From NCBI GenBank assembly GCA_001002415.1, contig LCMB01000003.1, positions 12,489 to 76,488 on the forward strand: a stretch of DNA of 64,000 nt, in the 5' to 3' direction. This DNA is from Microgenomates group bacterium GW2011_GWF2_46_18 (lineage in GTDB: Bacteria > Patescibacteriota > Microgenomatia > UBA1400 > UBA12108). The position numbers and the translations under genes were made by a program. Below are positions 18,703 through 29,099 of this stretch, piece by piece. A model generated the notes under the pieces. It ran no database searches and was not told the origin of the DNA. It was given only the letters and a program-made list of their open reading frames with translations. Every line of letters begins with the position of its first letter. The stretch's first letter is position 1.

Positions 18703-20028
18703 ATGCCCATGACTCATCGTCCTGTTCCAGCCGAGCTAGAATTCAAGCGTACCGCTCACGAAGAACGCCATCTTTTGGAAACGGTCCAGATCCCGATCGT
18801 CACGGTCTCCGCAACTTTCAAAGAAGAACTCGAAGCTCGCTTTGGCGAAAAGCCGACAGCCGAAACTCCCGACGTCACCTTTAGCCGCGCCCACTACAGT
18901 ATGGCCAACGCTTTGGTTGTTGAAGCTACCAAACAGCGCCGCACTTTCTGGATGATTGACCCGACCAACTATGTCTCCGCCAAGGACTGGCCCAAAATTA
19001 TGTTTACCCAAAGAATGGGACGCCTCATTGCCAGAAATCCCCTGCTCAAACAACTCAAAGACCTGATGGATACTCGGCTTCGCAATCAACTCCCTCTAAC
19101 CAGTGCTATTCGCGCTCCCTTAACTTATGTCACCGGCCGCGTCACCCGCCCCATTATTTCGCTCCACTACGAAGCTGGTAACATCCTGCTTGAAAACGGC
19201 AAAACTGTGCTCCAAGTTGTCACCGACCCCCATGTTCGTCCCCAATACTTAACCCACGCTGACAATCCTCATCTTACCTGGGCAGTTTTTGACGAACTGA
19301 CCAAATCTCGCCTACTCGAACTCGCCTATATCCTGGGCCACAAAGTCGACGAACGCCGTGTCCAAGTTACCGGTTGCCCCGTCGATCCACGAATTATCCG
19401 CAAAGACAAAAATACCGCCATCAAAGGTTATCGCTACCGCCCCCTTAGACTCGCCATCACCACTGGTGGTTTGGGCACCAACAAAGACGAAATCCAGGAT
19501 CTCTTGCTTCACCTTTCTCCCGCCATCAAAAAAGGCGAAGTCCACATTGCGGCTTATTGTGGTGTCCACGAAGATTTCGAAACCATGTTCACCACTTTCG
19601 CCCGCGTCCATCGGATCAAAATTGGTGAGCTGGATGATCCCCAAGCACCTCTAAGAATCTTCCGCGGTCATGATATTGTCGCCGCTAACGAACTCTTGCT
19701 CGATTACATCTTTCCTTGGGCAGATGGCTTGATCACCAAGCCTAGTGGCGATATGGCCTACGAAGCCGTTGCCGCCGGTTGTTTTCTGTTAACTCTCAAG
19801 CCCTGGGGAGAGTGGGAAGACAATATTCGCGCCGTTACCGAAGCCTGGGGAGTCAGTATTCGTGCCGATATTAGCAACATTCTGTCTCAACTCAAGGCCA
19901 TCGTCACCGTCCCCATTCGTAAAAGTCAGCCGTGGGTGGAAGTAGCGCTTACTCGCGCCCAAAAACTTGCTCCCGATATCTCCCGCGGAGCCAGCAACAT
20001 TCTCAAACTTTATCGAAAACTCACCTAA
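18703..20028 (+). CDS. Hypothetical protein (441 aa), possibly glycosyltransferase-like
   Basis: Long clean ORF. LAITTGGLGTNKDE weakly resembles the nucleotide-sugar binding loops of GT-B enzymes. Confidence 0.45.
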   Translation: MPMTHRPVPAELEFKRTAHEERHLLETVQIPIVTVSATFKEELEARFGEKPTAETPDVTFSRAHYSMANALVVEATKQRRTFWMIDPTNYVSAKDWPKIMFTQRMGRLIARNPLLKQLKDLMDTRLRNQLPLTSAIRAPLTYVTGRVTRPIISLHYEAGNILLENGKTVLQVVTDPHVRPQYLTHADNPHLTWAVFDELTKSRLLELAYILGHKVDERRVQVTGCPVDPRIIRKDKNTAIKGYRYRPLRLAITTGGLGTNKDEIQDLLLHLSPAIKKGEVHIAAYCGVHEDFETMFTTFARVHRIKIGELDDPQAPLRIFRGHDIVAANELLLDYIFPWADGLITKPSGDMAYEAVAAGCFLLTLKPWGEWEDNIRAVTEAWGVSIRADISNILSQLKAIVTVPIRKSQPWVEVALTRAQKLAPDISRGASNILKLYRKLT

Positions 20029-20029
20029 T

Positions 20030-20209
20030 TTACTTTAGCTTCTTACTCTCTTTGTGTTTAGTGTGTTTCTTGCACTTAGGACAATATTTGGACAACACCA
20101 ATTTATCTGGGGTATTTAGTTTGCTGCGGCTGGTGATGTAGTTAAACGCACTACACTCTCCACACTTGAGTCCAAACGGTTGTCTCGGTCCCTTTTTTGC
20201 TTTTGCCAT
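20030..20209 (-). CDS. rpmG: 50S ribosomal protein L33
   Basis: MAKAKKGPRQPFGLKCGECSAFNYITSRSKLNTPDKLVLSKYCPKCKKHTKHKESK carries the CxxC...CxxC zinc ribbon and NYIT motif of L33. Confidence 0.8.
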   Translation of the reverse strand: MAKAKKGPRQPFGLKCGECSAFNYITSRSKLNTPDKLVLSKYCPKCKKHTKHKESKKLK

Positions 20210-20247
20210 GGTTGACATTTTACCACAACTTACGTACATTATAACTA

Positions 20248-20793
20248 ATGCCCGATCAACTGAATAAGCAAACGCTCATCAATCTTTTGATTGACTCACC
20301 TCTTCGTGAGCCCATTAAAATTAATCTTATCGACATTGCCAACAATACTACTGACCCCGATCTTCCCAAAATTTTCCCCACCATCGTCAAAGAACTTGAA
20401 ATTTTCCAAAAAGCCACCGACCGACGGATGAAATTGGCCGAAGAAACCATTGCTAAATTGGGTGGATCTGCTCCCATCGAATCCCCCACACCACCACAAC
20501 CTCCCGAAGTAACACCTCCTTCAGCCGCCGTAGCCTCGGCGCAGGAGGCCCCCGCTCCAGAGGGCCTCACTGTCCCTCCGCTAGACCTCCCTCCTCTTCC
20601 TCAGATCCCCAACCCTACTCCCGAACCCGCCATGCCTACTCCTCAACCTGTCGGCGGTACTCCCAGCACCCCCAACACACCCAATTCTGACGAATCCGCG
20701 TTGGCCGAAATCCAAAAAGAGCTTGATAGTCTCAAGTCAGGTGTAACCACCGACGCCAATCCAACCCCTGCACCGACTCCTACCCAAACATAG
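20248..20793 (+). CDS. Hypothetical protein with Pro/Thr-rich C-terminal tail
   Basis: 181-aa ORF; N-terminal ~90 aa globular, C-terminal low-complexity PTPxP repeats. Confidence 0.4.
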   Translation: MPDQLNKQTLINLLIDSPLREPIKINLIDIANNTTDPDLPKIFPTIVKELEIFQKATDRRMKLAEETIAKLGGSAPIESPTPPQPPEVTPPSAAVASAQEAPAPEGLTVPPLDLPPLPQIPNPTPEPAMPTPQPVGGTPSTPNTPNSDESALAEIQKELDSLKSGVTTDANPTPAPTPTQT

Positions 20794-20819
20794 TTTTTCC
20801 AGGTAAAATATTCTGAGTT

Positions 20820-20881
20820 GCTGCACATCAAGTTGCGTAGCAACTTGAGAAATGCGTTCAGGCGCGATAGCAGCCTGAGAC
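20820..20881 (+). promoter_or_regulatory. Conserved 62-nt tRNA-operon leader, copy 1
   Basis: gctgcacatcaagttgcgtagcaacttgagaaatgcgttcaggcgcgatagcagcctgagacgc differs by only 2 mismatches from 22721..22782 and ends at tRNA +1. Confidence 0.6.
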
Positions 20882-20954
20882 GCCACCTTAGCTCATCCGG
20901 TAGAGCAACGGTTTTGTAAACCGTAGGTGCTGGGTTCGAGTCCCAGAGGTGGCT
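20882..20954 (+). tRNA. tRNA-Thr (anticodon UGU)
   Basis: Acceptor GCCACCT/AGGTGGC, anticodon stem ACGGT/ACCGT with loop TTTGTAA, T loop TTCGAGT. No encoded CCA. Confidence 0.85.
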
Positions 20955-22498
20955 CACTTGTTCAAGTTTCGCCAATACTCCAAAATCTCCCTGGCAATTG
21001 GGGCCGCCGTCGCACTTCCCTCTCCCCCTGCCTCTACCAACACCGTCAATACCATCTCCGGATTCTCCCCAGGGTAAGCTACCGTAATCCACGCGTGGGG
21101 TAAATCACTCTCGGATTTTTGCCCCGCATGTTGAGCCGTCCCCGTCTTACACAATACATAAGGGGCAAAATCAAACAACGGGAACGCCGTTCCGGTTGGG
21201 GCACACACCTGTCGCATTCCCTCCCTGACTGACTCGATCTGATCGGTAGCTATTCCCAAATCCCGGCACTCCGTCACCCCCTCTTTGAGCAAGCTTACCC
21301 TGCATACTCTTCCTGAAACGGCCGCTGCCGTCATTCTGGCTGCCTGCAGGGGTGTCACCAACAGATCTCCCTGCCCAATCGCCAAATGATAAGTATTACC
21401 CAAAAACCATTTTTCCCCGGTTGATCGTTCCTTTTGTAGTCGACTCGGCACCAATCCCGCAATTTCACCCGTTAGTTGGATCCCGGTCTCTTCCCCCAAA
21501 CCAAATTTATGTGCCCAATCCGTCAGTTCATCCACCCCCACCATCTCTCCCACTTTGTAAAAATAGACATCATTCGACCGAGCCAGCGCTCTTTCCAAAT
21601 CCAACTCTCCTTCTTTCCTCCCATACTGATCAAAATACCAGTTCCCATATCGGTAGTCATTGATCCTAATCTCTCCCGTATCCTCAATCTTGGTTTCTGG
21701 GGTAATCTTCCCCGTTGCGAGGCCCGCATAGGCCGTAACTAACTTAAAAATACTTCCTGGCGGGTACTGAGCCGATACTGCTCGATTCAAAAAGTACTCT
21801 TTACTCGTATCTGAAAGATATTTTTCTAGACTCTTTGGGTCATATGTTGGCAAACTCACCAATCCCAACACTTTTCCTCGCATATCGATGGCCACCGCCG
21901 CCCCAGTTTTACCCTTCATCGCTTGGTACATCTTCTCCTGCAGTCCTACCTCAATACTCAACGTCACATCTTGCCCTCGATCTGGTTCATTACTCCCGAG
22001 TTCTCTGACTATTTTTCCTCCCGCATCCACTTCGGATAACACTCCTCCATCTTTACCCTTGAGCACCGTCTCCATCTCTCGTTCTACCCCCACCCGCCCG
22101 ATATAGCTTCCCAAGGGATAACAAATGCCCAATCTGCACCCCAGCTCGCTCTCGGTAACCTCACTCATATAGCCCACAACCATTGCCACTGCCGACCCAT
22201 AAGGGTACTTTCGCTGGTAACGCCCAAATTCCTCGTTCCATTCATTGGTGACCAATGGTACCCCCCGGCGATCCTTAATTATTCCTCGCTCTGCCTCCTC
22301 CCGCACCAACTCAATATGATTAGCCTGCGACAACAATCCCTGCTGTCCGCTCTCCCAAATCTGTAAGTAGGCTGCCCTTGCAACAATAATCGCTACCCAG
22401 ACAATCGCTGCCACCCAAACTAGCCTCACCCTCAGCCTCGTCTCCCAGCTGGATCGATCAGTTTGTGTCGCCTCATACCCCCATACCGTCTTGCCCAT
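20954..22498 (-). CDS. Penicillin-binding protein 2 / peptidoglycan D,D-transpeptidase
   Basis: SxxK (PGSIFK), SxN-like and KTG (CKTGTAQ) motifs; N-terminal TM anchor. Confidence 0.8.
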   Translation of the reverse strand: MGKTVWGYEATQTDRSSWETRLRVRLVWVAAIVWVAIIVARAAYLQIWESGQQGLLSQANHIELVREEAERGIIKDRRGVPLVTNEWNEEFGRYQRKYPYGSAVAMVVGYMSEVTESELGCRLGICYPLGSYIGRVGVEREMETVLKGKDGGVLSEVDAGGKIVRELGSNEPDRGQDVTLSIEVGLQEKMYQAMKGKTGAAVAIDMRGKVLGLVSLPTYDPKSLEKYLSDTSKEYFLNRAVSAQYPPGSIFKLVTAYAGLATGKITPETKIEDTGEIRINDYRYGNWYFDQYGRKEGELDLERALARSNDVYFYKVGEMVGVDELTDWAHKFGLGEETGIQLTGEIAGLVPSRLQKERSTGEKWFLGNTYHLAIGQGDLLVTPLQAARMTAAAVSGRVCRVSLLKEGVTECRDLGIATDQIESVREGMRQVCAPTGTAFPLFDFAPYVLCKTGTAQHAGQKSESDLPHAWITVAYPGENPEMVLTVLVEAGGEGSATAAPIAREILEYWRNLNK

Positions 22499-22720
22499 TC
22501 GTTAATTATATGCTAGTCTGATTTTGCCCTGCGGAAAGGGGATAGCGAGGAATTTTTTCCTCCACAAAAGAACGCTTTTATGGGAGGGCAAGTATCAGAT
22601 ACCCTGTGGGGATTTGATCTTCCCACCCACCTGGAATTTTCCGGGGAAAGCTTCTTCGCAAGACCCCCGTCTGCGGGGCATTTGATTGCAAATAGACTCA
22701 TTCTCAGAGATAATACATAC

Positions 22721-22782
22721 GCTGCACATCAAGTTGCGTAGCAACATGAGAAATGCGTTCAGGCGCGATAGCTGCCTGAGAC
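22721..22782 (+). promoter_or_regulatory. Conserved 62-nt tRNA-operon leader, copy 2
   Basis: Near-identical to 20820..20881. Confidence 0.6.
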
Positions 22783-22865
22783 GCTGGGGTACTCAAGCGG
22801 TCAACGAGGGCAGACTGTAAATCTGCTGCCTTACGGCTACATAGGTTCGAGTCCTATCCCCAGCA
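22783..22865 (+). tRNA. tRNA-Tyr (anticodon GUA), long variable arm
   Basis: Acceptor GCTGGGG/CCCCAGC, anticodon loop CTGTAAA, 14-nt variable arm, T loop TTCGAGT. No encoded CCA. Confidence 0.85.
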
Positions 22866-22869
22866 CCTA

Positions 22870-22945
22870 GCCGACGTAGCTCAGTTGGTAGAGCGCGTTC
22901 TTGGTAAGAACGAGGTCTCGGGTTCGATCCCCGACGTTGGCTCCA
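22870..22945 (+). tRNA. tRNA-Thr (anticodon GGU)
   Basis: Acceptor GCCGACG/CGTTGGC, anticodon loop TTGGTAA, T loop TTCGATC, CCA encoded. Confidence 0.85.
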
Positions 22946-22946
22946 C

Positions 22947-23621
22947 ATGAATCTTGCCAACAAAACTATTCTCCTAACCGGCGCGACCGGCGGTATTGGT
23001 TCTCTCCTTACCTCCAAGCTTACCGCTGCCAAAGCCAATTTGATCACGTTGGGTCGCGATCCAAATAAACCCGCCTCCTACCACACTGATCTGGCCAATC
23101 CCACCAGTCGTCAGGAACTAATTAAGCAAATCTTGTCCGACTACCCTAGTTTAGATATTATTATTCATGCCGCGGGGATTGGTATCTACAAATCACTCGT
23201 TGACCTGACCTCTGAAGACTGGTATCAATCCTATGAATTAAACGTTTTTGCTCCCCTCTTTTTAGCCCAACAGCTTCACCCCCAACTCAATCTGGTGCTT
23301 GGCTCTTGTTCTGCTTTTCAGCACACCCCCGAGCGCTCCCTCTACAACTCCACCAAAGCCGCTCTTCGAGCTCTCACTCTCTGTTTAGCCCAAGAACAAC
23401 CCGGTCACTTCGTTCACCTCGCTCTCGACTCTACCTTGACTGCCTTTGGTCCTTTGACTTTAGCCCAAAAACAAGCCAAACAAAAAGACGGGAAAATTTA
23501 TCTTGATCCGTCTTGGGTCTCCGACCAGATTATCTCGATCCTCCAAAATGACTCTCGCGACACGGAATACGTTCTCTCTCCCGATTGCTACCCTGAATGT
23601 GGGACTTGGCACAAACCCTAA
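22947..23621 (+). CDS. Short-chain dehydrogenase/reductase (SDR) family oxidoreductase
   Basis: TGATGGIG Rossmann motif. The ATG is 1 nt after the tRNA-Thr CCA. Confidence 0.65.
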   Translation: MNLANKTILLTGATGGIGSLLTSKLTAAKANLITLGRDPNKPASYHTDLANPTSRQELIKQILSDYPSLDIIIHAAGIGIYKSLVDLTSEDWYQSYELNVFAPLFLAQQLHPQLNLVLGSCSAFQHTPERSLYNSTKAALRALTLCLAQEQPGHFVHLALDSTLTAFGPLTLAQKQAKQKDGKIYLDPSWVSDQIISILQNDSRDTEYVLSPDCYPECGTWHKP

Positions 23622-23642
23622 CTCGTTCTAAACTGATACTGT

Positions 23643-23924
23643 ATGTCTCCACGATACGCAACAGTTCGCGATCACAACCACGCTATCAGGCTGGTAATAA
23701 AAGACCCTCTGTCTGCCGATCGTACCATTCTCGCCAACGAACGCACTTTCCTAGCCTACATTAGAACTGCAGTCACCCTCTTAGTCGCCGGACTTTCTTT
23801 GATTTCTTTTTTCCCCAGCAACCTCGTGAAATTTATCGGCATTATCTCTCTTGTTCCCACCATTATTATCTTTAGTGTGGGTGCCCGACGCTACTACTAT
23901 CTCAAACACTCGCTCAATAGTTAA
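23643..23924 (+). CDS. DUF202 (YidH-like) membrane protein
   Basis: LANERTFLAYIRTAV signature plus two TM helices. Confidence 0.55.
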   Translation: MSPRYATVRDHNHAIRLVIKDPLSADRTILANERTFLAYIRTAVTLLVAGLSLISFFPSNLVKFIGIISLVPTIIIFSVGARRYYYLKHSLNS

Positions 23925-24817
23925 AGATTCAAGCTCTGCAAAAACTGTTTAAATGCTCCGTTCATATCTGGATCCTTGAGCGCAAATTCTATCTGAGTCT
24001 TCATGTACTCCAATTTGTTGCCCGTATCATAGTACTTGCCGTTTTTGATCTCGGTAGCAAGCACATGCTTCCCATCAGCCAACATTAGTTTGAGCGCATC
24101 ATTGTAATAGAATTCTGCACCTGGCTTTAGATTGGTAAGTACGGTATCTAAATAATCAAAAATATCTGGTGTCAATAAATATCCACTCACAGTGGCCAAA
24201 TTACTTGGAGCATTGGCTTTCCCCGGCTTCTCAATAATGGTAGTACAATCAATTACCCCTGGTTCAAGTTCCGTCCCACCCGCGAATCCATAACGATCAT
24301 AATCCGCGTCGCTCTTGGCTCTCACACCCGCCATACAGCTATAGCCATACTTCTCATATGCCGAAAGCAGTTGTTTAAACCTTGACGGTTCCGCCGCGAT
24401 AAAATCATCACTCCAGGTATAAATAAATGGTTCATCCCCAATTAGGTGCCGCACGTTCATAAGCGGTGTTCCATTCCCATATGGACCCTTTTGCCTGACG
24501 TAAGCAAAATTAGCCAGGTTCGAAATTTTCATCACCGAATCGAGGAGGGGTTTCTTCTTCTCACCCCCCATTTTCAAGTTTTCGATCAAGTCAGTCGAGG
24601 GGCTGTCAAAATGATCTTCGATCGTCCGTTTATGGTACCCGGTAACAATAATAATGTCGGTAATCCCAGCATCCACCAGTTCCTCGACAATATATTGGAT
24701 CACCGGTTTGTCGACAATTGGCAACATTTCTTTGGGCATTGCCTTAGTCTGCGGCAAAAATCGCGTCCCAAATCCTGCCGCGGGAATAACTGCTTTGGTT
24801 ACTTTTTGCTTTGTCAT
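23921..24817 (-). CDS. galU: UTP--glucose-1-phosphate uridylyltransferase
   Basis: KAVIPAAGFGTRFLPQTKAMPKEMLPIVDKPVIQY is the canonical GalU N-terminus. Confidence 0.8.
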   Translation of the reverse strand: MTKQKVTKAVIPAAGFGTRFLPQTKAMPKEMLPIVDKPVIQYIVEELVDAGITDIIIVTGYHKRTIEDHFDSPSTDLIENLKMGGEKKKPLLDSVMKISNLANFAYVRQKGPYGNGTPLMNVRHLIGDEPFIYTWSDDFIAAEPSRFKQLLSAYEKYGYSCMAGVRAKSDADYDRYGFAGGTELEPGVIDCTTIIEKPGKANAPSNLATVSGYLLTPDIFDYLDTVLTNLKPGAEFYYNDALKLMLADGKHVLATEIKNGKYYDTGNKLEYMKTQIEFALKDPDMNGAFKQFLQSLNL

Positions 24818-25371
24818 AGTGTCATTAACTCCTTTTCTTTTTCTTTGCCTAATTCCTCAAGTTCTAGCATAAACTTATCAATCTGCTTCTGCATCGTTTC
24901 TAGCCAGCTTTTAATACTATCTTCCGATATTCCACTCTCTCCCTCTTGTGCTTCAATTTCTTCTTTTATCTCTCCTCGGATCGTTCTCCCGATCACTTTA
25001 CCCCCCTCGACCTTTTGGTGAACGAGTTTTACCAACTCTTCTCGTCTCTCCTGTGACAAAGCCGGAATCGCAATCTTGACCGTCTCTCCGTCCACCATCG
25101 CATTCAAATTCAATCCAGCCTTATTAATTCCCGCCGCAACCGCCGAAATCAAACCCCGATCCCAGGGTGAAACCACAATTAGCGAAGTGTCGGGAGCCGA
25201 AATACTGGCTAGTTCCTGCAAATTCATGATCGTCCCGTAGGCTTCGACTTTGACTTCTTCCACAATTGATGGTTTTGCTCTCCCCGTCCGAACCGTTCCC
25301 AAGTCCTTTTTTACCACCTCCACTGCTTGCGCCAATCTCGACTGCAACTTGGCTAATATTGCCTCACTCAT
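24814..25371 (-). CDS. frr: Ribosome recycling factor
   Basis: VRTGRAKPSIVEEVKVEAYG...LISAVAAGINKAGLNLNAMVDGETVKIAIPALSQERREELVK is the RRF signature. Internal Met start chosen (CAT 25369-25371). Confidence 0.8.
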   Translation of the reverse strand: MSEAILAKLQSRLAQAVEVVKKDLGTVRTGRAKPSIVEEVKVEAYGTIMNLQELASISAPDTSLIVVSPWDRGLISAVAAGINKAGLNLNAMVDGETVKIAIPALSQERREELVKLVHQKVEGGKVIGRTIRGEIKEEIEAQEGESGISEDSIKSWLETMQKQIDKFMLELEELGKEKEKELMTL

Positions 25372-25413
25372 AAGTGGTAGTCTACCATAAATATCTGTTA
25401 CAATAACAGTCAT

Positions 25414-25593
25414 GAATCTTTTGACCTACCTCCGCGAAGTTCGCGCCGAACTCGTACACGTCAACTGGCCCACTCGCGCCGAAGTTTATCATCTCACTGT
25501 TATAGTTCTTGGTGCCTCTCTTTTTGTTGGCCTCTATATCGGTGGACTGGACTATACTTTCACCAGCCTCCTTGGCATCTTCCTCAAATAATC
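25414..25593 (+). CDS. secE: Preprotein translocase subunit SecE
   Basis: 59-aa ORF, not in the supplied track: MNLLTYLREVRAELVHVNWPTRAEVYHLTVIVLGASLFVGLYIGGLDYTFTSLLGIFLK. It has the SecE pattern (REV-AEL-KV-WPTR, single TM) and sits just upstream of nusG as in the conserved secE-nusG arrangement. Confidence 0.65.
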
Positions 25594-25915
25594 AAGGACG
25601 TTTTCCATCCTGACAGTCTTGCTTACAATACGTCCGCAATGCCCAATTATCCAGCCTTTCTCTCCAAGAACTAGCTCGAGGAATTTTGACACTATCACAG
25701 AACTCCCTACATTTATTTAGGCTCATTGATGTCCCACTACCGCTAACCGGAGAAGGTTTAGGTGTTGCCACCGTACCACCACCCCCCTCACCCCCCGTTA
25801 TCATATATATTCTGGGGGCATAATTATTTTTCATGGTCAACCATCCCACCCAAATAAGTAACCCCACAATCACTCCCCATAATAACTTCTCTCTCCGTAC
25901 AACTTGTTTCTTCAT
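25592..25915 (-). CDS. Small membrane-anchored Cys-rich protein, hypothetical
   Basis: N-terminal TM helix, Gly linker, and a C-terminal CREFC...YCKQDC pair of CxxxC motifs. Lies opposite-strand between secE and nusG. Confidence 0.3.
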   Translation of the reverse strand: MKKQVVRREKLLWGVIVGLLIWVGWLTMKNNYAPRIYMITGGEGGGGTVATPKPSPVSGSGTSMSLNKCREFCDSVKIPRASSWRERLDNWALRTYCKQDCQDGKRP

Positions 25916-26037
25916 AAAGGATCTTCCCTTCGCCTAGAATTAATAATAATTGCTTCTACTGACATGGTAGCGTATTTATGCTATACTTGACAAGTTCCCC
26001 CAAGTTAAATGATCATTATTAAATAGGAGAATTGAAC

Positions 26038-26685
26038 ATGTCAGACGACACTCAAATCCAAGATCAAGTCGAAGAAGCCAAGACGGGCGATATCCTCTCC
26101 GAAGTTAAAGAGCCCAATCCCTACCACGTTATCTACGAAGAAAATGAGCTCTTAGAGGCCAAAGCCAAATGGTACGTTGTCCATACCTACAGTGGTCACG
26201 AACTCAAAGTTGCCGAACAACTCAAAATTCGTATTGCCAGCATGGCCGTCGTGGGCAAAATCTTTCAAGTGGTCATCCCCGCCCAAGACAAAATTCAAGT
26301 TAAAAAAGGTCAGAAAAAAACTATCAAGGAAAAAATTCTTCCCGGCTACATCCTGATCAAAATGATTGTCGATGATAATAGTTGGCTCGCCGTCCGCACC
26401 ACCCCTGGTGTCACTGCTTTTATCGGCAGTGTTGGCAAACGCCCCACCCCTATTCCCGCTCATGAGGTCGAAACCATCATGAAGTTTATGGAAGTCAAAG
26501 CTCCCAAATTCAAGAGTACCTTCAGTCCCGGCGAAGCCGTCAAGATCGTCGAGGGTCCTTTCGCCGATTTCCTAGGTACTGTCGATCACATCGACGAAAC
26601 CAAGGGCAAGCTGACCGTTTTGGTCTCCATCTTTGGTCGCGAAACTCCGGTCGAGCTAGACTTCACCCAGGTATCTAAGATATAA
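26038..26685 (+). CDS. nusG: Transcription termination/antitermination factor NusG
   Basis: [15 protein letters not shown] domain start and a C-terminal KOW ([21 protein letters not shown]). SD aggaga sits 7 nt upstream of ATG 26038; the track's 26032 start is a TTG. Confidence 0.85.
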   Translation: MSDDTQIQDQVEEAKTGDILSEVKEPNPYHVIYEENELLEAKAKWYVVHTYSGHELKVAEQLKIRIASMAVVGKIFQVVIPAQDKIQVKKGQKKTIKEKILPGYILIKMIVDDNSWLAVRTTPGVTAFIGSVGKRPTPIPAHEVETIMKFMEVKAPKFKSTFSPGEAVKIVEGPFADFLGTVDHIDETKGKLTVLVSIFGRETPVELDFTQVSKI

Positions 26686-26696
26686 TCCGAGGTCTC

Positions 26697-27125
26697 ATGG
26701 CAAAAAAGAAAATTAAAACCGTCATCAAAGTCTTCCCCATGGGTGGGGCCGCCACCCCGGCGCCTCCCATTGGCCCAGCTCTGGGTCAACATGGTGTTAA
26801 CATCATGGAGTTTGTCAATCAATACAACAAACAAACTCAAGACAAAAAGGGTCAAAAAGTTCCCGCCGAAATTACCATCTACGAAGACCGTACCTTTACT
26901 TTTGTTCTCAAACTCCCCCCCGTCTCCGAGATGATCAAACAAGAGCTCAAACTCAAATTAGGGAGCGGCGAGCCCAACAAAACCAAGGTGGGCAAATTAA
27001 CTCGCGCCCAACTCGAGAAAATTGCTACCGAAAAGATGCCTGACCTCTCAGCCAGTACTCTCGAAGCTGCCATGAAAACTGTCGCCGGTACTGCTCGCAG
27101 TATGGGTGTCGAAGTCGAGAATTAA
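26697..27125 (+). CDS. rplK: 50S ribosomal protein L11
   Basis: [34 protein letters not shown] is the L11 signature. Confidence 0.9.
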   Translation: MAKKKIKTVIKVFPMGGAATPAPPIGPALGQHGVNIMEFVNQYNKQTQDKKGQKVPAEITIYEDRTFTFVLKLPPVSEMIKQELKLKLGSGEPNKTKVGKLTRAQLEKIATEKMPDLSASTLEAAMKTVAGTARSMGVEVEN

Positions 27126-29002
27126 ACAGTTTTCTTTTCGCTTTTGTAGGCCAAACCATTCTTTTTTAGCAAATTTAGCATTTTCCCAAAATTTGCGTTA
27201 ACTTCCCCCCACTTACTCTTATCTCCCGGATCAACCAACATATATCCCACCACATTCGCTACTAACTCATCATAAAATAACCCCTGGATAAATTTTTTCA
27301 ATCGTTTATTCCACGAATCAAAAAAAGCTCCCGAAACCTCAGGGTTAGAACCTTCCATCATAGCTTGTTTCACCTCATCCGGTCGATACATTGTCAAATG
27401 AGCCAGTGTCAAAGGCAATACAACTTCTTCAATAAATCTTGGGTTGGTCACGTGCCCGAGTAAGTTGCCTCGTTTCAGATACTCAATCTCACTCCTATTG
27501 CCAATTATTGTCTCTGCAGTTAATCTCGCCAATCCCTCTAGGGTAGGTAAACTAGTTTGTAACTTATCAATATAATCATGTAAACCAAAATGATTACGAT
27601 ATGCCAACAGATCCTTATAAAGGTCTCCATTCCCCATCTCTCTCATCCCCATATTGAGTTCTTTGGTGTATTGCCCTACTGTCACCCTATACCCCTGCCC
27701 CATCAATATTCCAACCGAATAATCCGTAGCAATCATTTCATTAGAATTCTCACTCGCCAATACCTTCGCCTCTACATCACTCAATTCTCCTTCTACTGCC
27801 GGATATTCTCCCTCTGGAGCAAAAATTGATTTCATTGACCTCAACGGGTCAAATTGTCGAGCGATTTTTAAATATAAATCTCTGAAAGCCAAACGGTCTA
27901 ATCCTTTTAGCATCCACGATCTATGCCACAATGAGTGAGTCGCCTCATGAAAGATTATTCCATCGTAAGCTAAAGCATTTTTCTCATAAGTCTTCAGGTC
28001 TAAATTCTCTACTCCGCCTCCAACATTAATTTTACTTGTACTAATTTCTGCATTTCCCTGAGGAAAATTTTCTTTCCCTATATCCATCCAGGTAATACTT
28101 TTCATCCCTCGCTCAATTCCCAATTTTGATAACTTCTTTTTCACAGCCTTAGCTACCTCTGGATCAAAATTAATAATTTGCCCCTTTTCCGGACGCCTCC
28201 AGAGTGTCCAAGGGTCCTTATCTATTTCCATTGATTTATCTGGCAAAATATCTTCTGTCTCCCAGCCTGGCTTTTCCCACAACTCCGAACCTGTCTCACT
28301 TACTATTTGTGCAACGATCGGATGTGTCCCGCTTGTCGCCTGTCCTAATATCATCGAATTCCATGGATAATTCCACATCGCTCCAATCTGTAAGCGTCGA
28401 AAATCATCTGGCATAGCCACATCAATCGGATCCGAACCCATTCTTAGAGATACAAGTTCCTGCTCCGGCAAATGTACCAAGAATTCATAAACTTTTTCTG
28501 GATTTAAATCCCGAAAATAATCAGCCACGATTAAGCTCATGCGCAAATACGAAGCGTATTCATAATATTTTGTCTGAGCTTCCGGCAAAACCTCCTTTAA
28601 GCTTTCTTTTTCTGCCCCCCAACATAATTCACCCTCATGAAAAACCATCTCAACTAGCTTGCCCACACTTTTGTCCCACTCTTCCAGCTTGACAAATCCC
28701 TCCTCTGGCAAGTCATGCTTTCGCTGGTCCACTTTCCACAATTCATCAACCAACCTACCCCAACCTCCCAATTCCGCTTCCATCCTATCTCTCAACTCTG
28801 GATGATCAAATAGCTCCTTGGGATTATTCTCAAAATGCATTTGTGTCCATGGGCTTTCTTTTGTTTCTCCCTCATCCTTACCCAATAATTTTGATAATTC
28901 ACTTCCTCCTTTCAATAATCCCAAACCACCCAAAGCAGCCCCCGCCAATTTTAAAAAATCTCGCCGTGAAATTTTTTTACTATCTCCCCCCGGTTCACTC
29001 AT
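27122..29002 (-). CDS. Tat-signal secreted protein with HExxH zinc-metallopeptidase-like motif
   Basis: N-terminal [19 protein letters not shown] twin-arginine signal; [13 protein letters not shown] contains HExxH. The 626-aa gene is inserted antisense between rplK and rplA. Confidence 0.6.
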   Translation of the reverse strand: MSEPGGDSKKISRRDFLKLAGAALGGLGLLKGGSELSKLLGKDEGETKESPWTQMHFENNPKELFDHPELRDRMEAELGGWGRLVDELWKVDQRKHDLPEEGFVKLEEWDKSVGKLVEMVFHEGELCWGAEKESLKEVLPEAQTKYYEYASYLRMSLIVADYFRDLNPEKVYEFLVHLPEQELVSLRMGSDPIDVAMPDDFRRLQIGAMWNYPWNSMILGQATSGTHPIVAQIVSETGSELWEKPGWETEDILPDKSMEIDKDPWTLWRRPEKGQIINFDPEVAKAVKKKLSKLGIERGMKSITWMDIGKENFPQGNAEISTSKINVGGGVENLDLKTYEKNALAYDGIIFHEATHSLWHRSWMLKGLDRLAFRDLYLKIARQFDPLRSMKSIFAPEGEYPAVEGELSDVEAKVLASENSNEMIATDYSVGILMGQGYRVTVGQYTKELNMGMREMGNGDLYKDLLAYRNHFGLHDYIDKLQTSLPTLEGLARLTAETIIGNRSEIEYLKRGNLLGHVTNPRFIEEVVLPLTLAHLTMYRPDEVKQAMMEGSNPEVSGAFFDSWNKRLKKFIQGLFYDELVANVVGYMLVDPGDKSKWGEVNANFGKMLNLLKKNGLAYKSEKKTV

Positions 29003-29066
29003 CCCTCCATTATGGCAAAAACATCTCTATTCTGCTACAATTCTCACCAGCTAACCGTTTACTTGA

Positions 29067-29081
29067 TCAGCCTTCGGCTGA
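29067..29081 (+). promoter_or_regulatory. Small hairpin in the rplA leader just upstream of the SD; possible L1 autoregulatory element
   Basis: TCAGCC-TTC-GGCTGA lies 4 nt before the AAGGAGG SD. L1 is known to autoregulate via an rRNA-mimic in leaders of L11/L1 operons. Confidence 0.2.
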
Positions 29082-29099
29082 CTTAAGGAGGTAAATAAT

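Noticed and set aside
25987-26030. Sigma-70 promoter for nusG (TTGACA at 25987-25992)
   Set aside because: Perfect -35 hexamer, but no acceptable -10 at 16-18 nt spacing (tgatca/gatcat). Left uncalled.
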